Shown: positions 39,817-49,110 of the stretch, piece after piece | Numbering within the stretch: the first letter of the stretch is position 1 | Layout of the letters: each line of letters opens with the position of its first letter | Assembly: GCA_051294375.1 (NCBI GenBank) | Contig: CM119269.1 | Location: 8,429,225-8,493,224, forward strand | Source of the DNA: Paraspadella gotoi | Taxonomy: Eukaryota; Animalia; Chaetognatha | Length of the DNA: 64,000 nt | Direction: 5' to 3' | Notes under the pieces: model-generated | The model's input: the letters and a program-made list of their open reading frames with translations, nothing else | Databases searched by the model: none | Told to the model about the DNA's origin: nothing | Made by a program: the position numbers and the translations under genes

Positions 39817-42772
39817 TTAATTATCCTTTTCCAAGAACGCCCTCTTAATCTCCCGTCTCAAGATCTTTCCCGACGGCGTTCTCGGGATCTCCCCGACAAA
39901 CTCTACTCCACCGCGCAGCCACGAGATGGCGTTGACGCGCGACTCGACGAAACGCTGAAGCTCGGACTCGGTGGAGCCGCGACCCTCCTTCAGGGTCACG
40001 AAGGCGCGGGGCACTTCGCCGCCGACCTGTTGTGAGGGCATGAGGATGATTAGGAAGAGGAGAAAGAAAGAAAGAAAGAAAAGAGGAAAGAAATAGAGAT
40101 AGAAAGAAAGAAAAAAAGAGAAAGGAAGAAAGAAAAAAAAAAGAATATTGAGGGACCTGCTATAGCAGAGTGATGGTAAGAGTGATGGAGGCCTTAGACC
40201 ACCAAAGCCTGTCCACAGTCAGGGGCAAGATAGCTTATTTATTAAATGAATGGATAATTTGTATATTAATAGTACCAATTTCATAAAGAAAGAAAAAAGA
40301 AAGAAAGACAGACAGAAAGAAAGAGACAGATAGAAAAAGAAAAACAAAAAGAAAAAAAATATTACTAAACTAACCTCATGCGGAACTCCAATGACAGCCG
40401 CATCACCAACCGCAGGATGTTCAAGCAACAACCCTTCTAATTCAGCCGGGGCCACTTGGTGTCCCTTGTACTTTATGAGCTCCTTGACCCGGTCAACAAC
40501 ATATAAGTGCCCGTCAGGCTCGATGTAGCCCACGTCACCTGATCTCAGCCAGCCTTCTGAATCGATAGTTGCCGTGGTCGCCGCTGAGTTGTTTAAGTAG
40601 CCCTTCATAATCTTAAGGGGAAGAGTTTTGGGGGCAAAAATAGTTTTAAGATTCGTTGTAAGGACATCGCATGTACAGGTTAATTCCATATCAAAGTAGA
40701 GTCTTTGTGGGTATTACAAGTGCATTTATTTTTTTGCCAATATTTCAATTCACATAGCGGAATCATTTTACAGAACATTTCAATTACAATAAATGCAATT
40801 ACAATAAATGCACTTGTAATACCCACAAAGACTCTCTACTTAAATAGTTTTAAGATTCAATTTTGATTACCCTGATTAAACTGAGGCTGGTTAATTCAAT
40901 TTTTATGCTATAGTATTCTTAAATATATCTCATTCATATTATATTTTAAAGAGCTTTTAAAAGTTGTTAATATTAATTATATTTATGTAAACTTTTTTTT
41001 AAAATTCATCAAAAAAAAGCACCAAATGATTAAAGAAAAAACATTAAGTTTTAATTGAGAGATCATTTTTAAGACTACTTTTTTCCCCTTATTGCCAAGG
41101 CAAATAAAAATCAATCAATATAAAATTTGAACATTGTGTATAGACTTTCGATTTCGTTGTTTATGGGCATTAGGAGAAAAACTATTTTTATTTGTTTTGA
41201 CAACGAATTTTAATGACAATTTGACAGACATGTTTCGACTCTGTATCTTTAGAGTCTAAACACTGATGAAGACTCTAAAGATACAGAGTCGAAACATGTC
41301 TGTCAAATTGTCATTAAAATTCGTTGTCAAAACAAATAAAAATTGTTTTTCTCCTAAAATTTGAACAGAAAAATAATTTTTTTTTTCACAAAGAGTTTTC
41401 AAGATTTTAAAAATCTTTACATGGCGTTTAAATGTGTCACATAAGAATAAGAGAATTAAAAATGAATTGTTCCAATACTATTTCACAATCACCTGAGATC
41501 CCTTGACGAGGACCTCTCCAAGCTCTCCGCCGGACACATCCCCGCCCGTGTCGTCGACCACCCTCAACGAGGTGTTGGGAATGGGAACACCTGCTGATCC
41601 GGGCTTAACGGACCCAGTTGGATCTAAGGTGGCCAAAGGTGATAGTTCAGTCATGCCCCACATCTGAGAAGGATTTTTTTTTACTTTTAGGAATCCCTTT
41701 TCATTAAAATTTCATCTCTTTTTACTCTTAAGAAAATTCCAATAATTGATGTTCCTGTTACAAATTAATTTTATCAATTTTTATACCTTAATTTTTAGTT
41801 GCGCCGCGAGTACTCGATCGGTCTGTCGGTATGTATGTCTGTCGGTCTGTCCCACTAACGTTAAAAATGCATATAATTTGCCTTGAGTTGGTTGCTCATT
41901 TGTTAAGACATGTCATGTCATGCCATATCATATCATATCAAAAGAAGTACACGTGAAAATAAAGTCACTGCGGCGTAACATATTGGATGAACCGATCTTG
42001 TTTGTTTGTAACTCACTTGTCGAACATTGTCTCGCCCAATAAGTTTCATAGTCTCTTCTTGGAGTTCTTTTCTAAAAATAATAAAGGAAATGTTTATTTA
42101 CATTTACCAGCTTTATGTATAGGCTTTCGATTTCGTTGTTTCGTTGTACGACTCTCCTCGCACCGAGCGTCGCCCAAAACGACGGCTTCAGGAGGAGGGA
42201 GAGGAGTCTGTGTCTCCTGTATCAAAACAGGCAAGAACAGGCAACCGGCTGACTCACCGTCAGGTGAGAGGAGGGCCGTCGGCAGGCTATATCAGGCCAA
42301 AAGAGATATACGAGTGGCACTTGGCATTTTTCCAAGTGGAACCTTACCAGACCCCAGAATGTCACGCTCTACAAATATATCCTCTCACCTATGACAGGCC
42401 AATGACCCGATCTTATCGTCAACGTCCTCCATTTGCCCGGCTCATTTTTGAGCTCTTTCTTTAACTTACTTTCACTAACTCTTTACTTACCTATCCCTCA
42501 CCACTTATTCTTCCATTTCAATTTCACTTCATTTTACTAATTTATTTTCACTGTTGTTAATAGTAGTATTACTTAGTTAATCTTTATGTTTACTTATTTA
42601 TTCTTATTTTTCTCTGTTGTACATTACTAAATGTATTAATTTCATTTGTCTCTCTTCTCTCTCTCTCTCTCTCTCTCTCTTTTCATATTCACAATCTTAC
42701 TTCTCCTTCCCCTGTCCTTACCTTGAACTGTCCTCACATCTGACCACTATCTCTCACTCAATTCTTTGTTGG

Positions 42773-42843
<71 letters not shown>

Positions 42844-45767
42844 TCATCTTCACTAAACTCAACTTTCACAGAGAAAATTGTTGTAAAATCACTTGCTGAT
42901 GAAGACTCTAACTTTGTAAGAGTCGAACAAGTCCGACTTACTTGTCAAAAAAAATTTCGTTGCCACATTAAAACTGTTTTTCCATTTTCAGCTAAATTTA
43001 GTTTGTTAATTGATGCGATAATCCTTTCTTTTTCGTTGTTTATTGATATTAGAGAAAGCAAATTTTGAATTTTTAACAACGATTTTAATTAATAGTTGGA
43101 CATGTTTCGGCTTGTTTGCTTCAAGCCTTCATCAGCATATGACATTCAATAATAAATTTTGTGTAAAAGAAGAGTATGTGAGAGAGAGAGAGAGAGAGAA
43201 GAGAGAGAGGGTAAAAGTTTTTTACAGCAAAGTGGTGAGACAGAATGTGGTCAGATGTGAGGACAGGTTGAAGGTGAGGGCAGATTGAGTGAGTTGTGAA
43301 AAGAGTGAAACTTGTTAAAGAGAGAGAGACGAGACGAGAAACAAAACAACAGGGATAAATAAACTATTAATTAAAAATCGTTGTTAAAAATTCAAAATCT
43401 TTGCTTTCTCTAAGTTTTTTAATTGAAAAGCGTAGTGACATTCAAACATAAACAAACACGCAGTTCTGCATGTGAAGTTATTAACTTGATAGAATAAATT
43501 GTATTTAATTCATATTAAAGCTCGAGTGATAATTTCAAAGTCATGAGCAAGTCAAGAATTTAGCCAGGGGCAGTGAAAATCCTAAAAACTACACATTTAC
43601 TATTCAAATTTTCAAATCAGTATTATCCTTTTCTTTTCTGTTACGTCATTAAGTCATTACGTCATTTTATGTCATTAGTCTCGTCATTAGTTACATCATT
43701 TTATGTCATTTTAGTCATGTTTTATCCTTTAGTGTCAATTTATTATTTTAAGTCATTTTATGTCCTTTTAGTCATATCTGGTCCTTTTATCATTACGTAA
43801 TTACGACATTTTACGTCCTGTCATTTTAGTCACGTTTAGTTCTTTAGTCATTACGTCATTACGTCATTTTACGTAATGATGTGATTTTGGATCCTCTGTT
43901 TTGATGATTTTAATATAACACAAAAAAAAATTATCCGTTTGAGCTTCCCACGCAGTTTCTCTCTCACATCATAAACCGACTCACGACAAAGGGGCCGCTC
44001 CAACCACGATATCTCGGACGGAAGACAAATCGTATTTCTTGACCATCGGATGTTTGTTGAGAAAAACCAAAACTGGCGGAGCGACCGGCAGAGAATGGAG
44101 CCGATAGCGAGAGATTGTCTCCAGAAAGATCACAGGATCAAACTTGCGCATCATCACTATCGGGTTTCTCAGGTGAAGATGAAGGACGAATAGCGCGATT
44201 TGCGCGACGTGAAATATGGGGAACATGGCCAAGACGTTGTCCACGTGGCCGAACAGTTCTTTCCTGAAGATAGTAAATTCAAGATGTTCCAATATTTAGC
44301 ATAATTCCTAACCTAACCTTTATCTTTAACCTTATCCCTAACTCCTAACTCCTTCAGTGTCTACCTGCACAATTGACTGAGACAAGAGATAAAAGAGCCG
44401 TGTGTCAATTCGACTCCTTTTGGCAAACCCGTCGTTCCTGAAGAAAATGGGATGAACGAAACGTGAGTCATTGGATCGATCAAGTCAAGCCGCCGGGTCC
44501 TCGAAGGAAAAGCATCTCCGGTGTCGCGTAGCATTTGAGAAATGGACATTTCCGCGCGGCTTTCCGAGTTGTCATCGTTATCGATCAGGATCAAGGGAAC
44601 GTTGGCCAAGAGAGGATCTTTTAATGCCTCCGCGGCAACGTTGTACAGACTTCCATCGGCAACAACCATTTTTGCTGAGGTCATCATCAACTGAAACCGA
44701 AATAAAATGGCTGGTCACATTGTGAGAAGGACATGCAAATAACAATTATGAAATTGGTGAAACTAATAACAAAAAATTGTCATTTATGAAATTGGTACTT
44801 GTATTTAGGTATTTGTCTAATAAATAAGCAATCTTTCCCTTGAGTTTGGACAGGTTATTGTGGTTTAAGGCTTCCATCACTCTTAAAAGATAATGACAGC
44901 AGGACTGTGCAAACTTTAAAAAAAGACTCCATCACATCCTTATTCATTTAAAGGTACCTGACTTCCCTATCAATGAAGTGGTATAATGTTTCAAAGAATG
45001 TTTTATAATGTACATTGTATAATATTGTAATAAAAAGTTCTTAAAATTATGGGACTATCGAGGTTTTTTTGGTCAATCTTGGCTGCCGTTACCGAGTCCC
45101 CAGTCCCCTCTGTGAGTTGCTTTGCCTTCTGCATTACTGGATCAGGCGGACCACTAGTTATCGGTGGATTAACCAACTCGTCACGTTCTTAGTGTACTTT
45201 TTGGCTCGAATATAATGCCAAATAAACCTAAAATTTTAAAACTTTTGATGAAACCTGTTTCCTCAGTTCGGCGGCATTAAACGCCGGATTGGCCGGCGTA
45301 AAGGCGGCGCCAATTCCTAACGTTGCCAACATGATGGATAGACACTCGATGGAATTTCCCGCAAACAACGCCACCGTATCCTTGGCACCAATCCCTCGCT
45401 TCACCATCGCCGACCCGATGGACGTTGCGCTTTCTTGCAGCTCGCCGCGAAAGACGGTGCGGCCGGATTCGGCGTCGACGATGGCGACGGCCTCCGCTGA
45501 AGACGAATCGTCGTCGTCGTTGTCATCTTCAAAAACGAAAGTGAAGATATCGATTTCTGGTACAACGACTTTCGGAAAAGGCGATTGGTAAATTTTTTGT
45601 TTCTTTGTCGATGTGGAAAACGACGAGCACCAAGGCTGAATTGAAATGGAATCGTTGCCAACCTTGGCCGTGACCACTTGATCTTTGATACGCGAAGAAA
45701 TTGAGGAGACGAAACGAGGTTGAAAACCGCGATTGTAAAGAGGAACTGAGATTCGCCGCAACCACAT
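39817..45767 (-). CDS. Firefly-luciferase-like / 4-coumarate-CoA-ligase-like acyl-CoA synthetase (ANL superfamily), 7 exons, ~596 aa
   Basis: Exons 45767-45255, 44690-44365, 44263-43985, 42071-42017 ([18 protein letters not shown], absent from the ORF track), 41663-41493, 40611-40375, 40026-39817. Motifs [47 protein letters not shown]. Confidence 0.93.
40695..40840. repeat. Small foldback element (~36-bp inverted arms)
   Basis: agtagagtctttgtgggtattacaagtgcatttatt / aataaatgcacttgtaatacccacaaagactct(ct)act. Confidence 0.75.
41170..41357. repeat. Near-perfect inverted repeat (arms 41170-41257 / 41270-41357), Penelope-type inverted pLTR fragment
   Basis: Arms are reverse complements with ~2 mismatches and a 12-nt spacer; contains the hammerhead. 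Confidence 0.8.
41260..41303 (+). ncRNA. Minimal hammerhead ribozyme inside an 88-bp inverted repeat
   Basis: aca CTGATGA a gactc taaagataca gagtc GAAA catGTC tgt. Confidence 0.8.
41793..42003 (+). mobile_element. Short second HINE-like family
   Basis: TTTTAGTTGCGCCGC ... (GTCN)n ... GCGGCGTAAC + hairpin + CTTGTTT. Related 5' ends on the minus strand at ~9795-9880 and ~7515-7600. Confidence 0.55.
42090..43412. mobile_element. Penelope-like element remnants in inverted arrangement, with two hammerheads (42893-42936 +, degenerate GAA; 43096-43138 -, intact core)
   Basis: ctgtcctcacatctgaccac (~42730) is inverted at ~43247; 43052-43096 is inverted at 43363-43412; hammerhead cores present; short ORF remnant containing RPMTRS. 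Confidence 0.6.
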
Positions 45768-45824
45768 TTTTCAACGCTGAAAATTTACCGACTCTGCATA
45801 AATTTATTACTATTAATATACTAG

Positions 45825-46053
45825 TATGGTGGACTAAAACCCACCAACCGTTCATCAGCGGCCATTGTTGCCGGAGGCAAGTCATTCGCCTCCCAACCCA
45901 AAGGTCCGGGGTTCTAGCCCGGTGGTCGTCTGGCAGAGGGACGGGGCGCTTAACCCGCCTGTAACATGGTGTTACAGCCTGATCCGAAGCTCAGGGACTG
46001 CTTATATTGAACGGTTCTATCACTAACTCATAACAATAATTACTGTCTCTTCA
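45825..46053 (+). mobile_element. tRNA-head + twister element, copy 4
   Basis: CTAG/CTAG TSD; 5-nt deletion in the P5/junction region. Sits ~57 bp upstream of the acyl-CoA synthetase ATG. Confidence 0.88.
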
Positions 46054-46246
46054 CTAGCATATTTACTATTAAAAAATTGTATCAAACAATAAATACAATT
46101 TTTTTTTGTGTATGTGTATCAACTTGTATCAACACGCATTAGCATGTTCTAATTAACGGTAAAAGCAAAAAAAATTTTTCGTCTTCAAACTTAAAACTTT
46201 AAAACGAGTTCGAAACGAATTTAATTAAGGAGCAACCAGTGGAAGC

Positions 46247-46298
<52 letters not shown>

Positions 46299-46409
46299 AA
46301 CTGCTGAAAAAAAAAAAAGATTTTGAGAAAAGAATTTTAGGGTCAGAATTGAATCGAAAAATAATGTCTGACAATTTACGTACTTTGAACATCGATTAAA
46401 AAGAGAGAA

Positions 46410-46952
46410 ACAAGTTTGAGCAAACAATGTAGGATCTGCCTCCGATAATTAAGTGGTAATCAGCTAATCCGATGATAAATCACGTTCATTCTTTCTGACT
46501 TTCAATTTGTGATCTTAACAGATCATAACAGATCATCACATAACAAATCATGAGATACTTCTTTATAAATTTAAGAAAAAATCTATAAATCAATTAATCT
46601 ATTAATGAACCAGTAGCTGCGCCAATAATAACTTACATATTTTGGTCAAATTGCCTAATTTGGTCAAATTACATAATTTGGTCAGCTTTCATAATTTGGT
46701 CAACTGGCATGATTTGGTTAACTGGCATTATTTTGTCAACTGGAAAAATTTGGTCAACTGGCATAATTTAGTCAATTGGCATAATTTGGTCTACTCGCAT
46801 AATTTTGTCAACTAGCAAAATTTGGTCAACTGACATAATTTGGTCAACTGACATAATTTGATCAACTGGCATAATTTGGTCAACTGGCATAAATTGTCCA
46901 CCTTGCATATTTTGATTAACTGGCATAATTTGGTCATTCAATAATTTTATCT

Positions 46953-47008
<56 letters not shown>

Positions 47009-47257
47009 CTTAAACAAAATTTAAATGTTTTTTTCCATTTCCGTTCGCTCGATTTTACCAAAACTGTCCAGCACACACTTTCCTACTGACGTACAAAATT
47101 TCATCTCAATCAATCCATTTAATTGTGAATAATTTGAATAATTGTGAGTAAATATAAGTAAAGAGATTTGCATAAATATAACTTTTTTTATTTAAACTCA
47201 TTTCCACTCGCATGATTCCATCAAAACTTATTATTATTAGCAGATCCCGACTAAAAA
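46410..47257 (-). mobile_element. DINE-1-like HINE, reverse copy, with 18-bp (TTTGGTCAACTGGCATAA)n array
   Basis: Reverse termini acaagtttgagcaaacaatgt.ggatctgcc and cagatcccgactaaaaa; tandem array ~46640-46935. Confidence 0.75.
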
Positions 47258-47973
47258 CTTTGTTTTCGTTCTTGGCTTGAATTTCGAATGCGAGAAACTT
47301 CACGATGAGAAGAGAAGAAAAGACGAGGACTGAAGATTCTTTGTGATTTCTTCTAGATGACCGGGGTCAACTCGAGTCGCCAGAGTATCACTATCGAGGG
47401 ATGAGAATTAATGGAACAATTCCTAGACTTTCTCAGGCTCAAGTAAAAAGCAGAAATCAATCCATACGAATACGAAAACCGTTCATCTATCTGACATGTC
47501 CGTTTAAAATACAAATAAAACAAAATGTATTATGTCAATGTGTTTTTTTGTTTTTTAACCGTGAAATATAAAAAGAGACATCTAGACATCGATATTGGAA
47601 TCCGTTAATAGAAACAAAATAAAAAAAATATAAAAAAGCTGTTGAAGTATTTAAAAAAAAAATTTTAAATGTTATGTTATGGTGCTTTCGATTATTAGGC
47701 AAAGTTAAAGGTGAGGGTTAAGGTTTAGGATTAGGTTAGGGTTAGGGATTATAGTTAGGGATTGGTTTACTTTATATTATATTGAGTTAAAATTAAATTC
47801 TGGCATAAAGGAGCAGAAATAGAGCGCTCTGAAAATTCAAATTCGTAACTTTGTTCAATTTCCTTCTGATTTTACATCTTTTATTATTATTTTATTTTCA
47901 CTTCTTTTACTTTCCTACATTTTTTTTTCATTATTTTTATTTTAATTCGAATGAATTTGAACACCATTCATGT

Positions 47974-48206
47974 TGAAGAGACAGTAATTATTGTTATGTG
48001 TTAGTGACAGAACCGTTCAAATAAGCAGTCCCTGAGCTTCGAATCAGGCTGTAACACCATGTTACAGGCGGGTTAAGCGCCCCGTCCCTCTTAACTGCCA
48101 GACGACCACCGGGCTAGAACCCCGGACCTTTGGGTTGGGAGGCGAATGACTTGCCTCCGGCACCAATGGCCGCTGATGAACGGTTGGTGGATTTTAGTCC
48201 ACCATA
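47974..48206 (-). mobile_element. tRNA-head + twister element, copy 5 (full length)
   Basis: Full-length reverse copy, flanks ATGT/AAGT (3 of 4 match). L4 reads TTCGAAGC (G-U in T1). Confidence 0.88.
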
Positions 48207-49110
48207 AAGTTTTTATTTTCATTTATTCGTTGATCATTTTTATCATTTGTTCGTTTTTTTCGTTTGATCCCCTATTGTTAGAATTTAATTTGACTTTTGC
48301 TTCTTTTAAATCTTCACTTCACGTTCTTTTTTTTAAAGCAGAAAAATTGTTTCACATTTTCAATAAAATTATTGTTCTGACTTTCTTTTGTTTAATATTT
48401 TGTTTTAACTTTTGTTTTCTCTAAATGAATGGATAATTTTTATATTGGTTGTACAAATTTCATAAAATTATTAAAATTTTAAAGACAGACAGAGGTAACT
48501 TTAATTTTTGAAAAAGCGAGACTGATATGATTTAATCATTTTTTGGACACTTATAGCTCGTCTGTAACGGAGAACCAGATGGATTCGAATGGCAATGGCA
48601 TCCGATGCCATATTGATCAGCGAATGTCTTTTAATATTCAGAGGTGGTGTTGTCAAACTCATTTACTTTCGGGCGAAACTCCGGGATTAGGATTTTTCTC
48701 TTGCGAACTTTGCAACCTTTCCTTATTTAATAATTTCATTACAACAAAAAAGAATCGTAAATATAACGTACATTTGGTTTGATTTTAATTCATTTTATGT
48801 CAAGATAATCAATGGGTACAATAGCAAACCTATTTTTGGTGGTTTTGAAATAAATATCTGTTTTTAAAATTATGGCACTCGATAAAAAAAAAAAACAGCT
48901 TGAAAGACAGTAATACTGCAAAAATAAAAATACAACACAATTTGCCTTCCGTATGTCGTGTCGTTGGAATTCCCTCGAGGTCAAGATTTTTTGTAATTTA
49001 TGATTTGTCATCACTTTGTTGTTGATCCTGTTTCGTCTTTTGTTTTGGGTCCAGTTTCGTGATTGTTGTCCTTCGTCAGATATAACACCCCACCTTTAAA
49101 CGCCTCCCCC

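Noticed and set aside
43930-43984. Apparent +1 frameshift continuation [16 protein letters not shown] after GAAPLS in the synthetase, resembling the 4CL helix
   Set aside because: A proper GT-AG exon at 42071-42017 supplies this segment in the right phase, so no frameshift or pseudogene call is needed.
48174-48206. CTGATGA in the twister element as a hammerhead core
   Set aside because: No GAAA or helix III follows the hairpin.
47974-48206. Classifying the twister element as a Helentron HINE because of its inverted repeat plus terminal hairpin
   Set aside because: Consistent 4-bp TSDs at non-TT targets argue against rolling-circle insertion, though this is not fully excluded.
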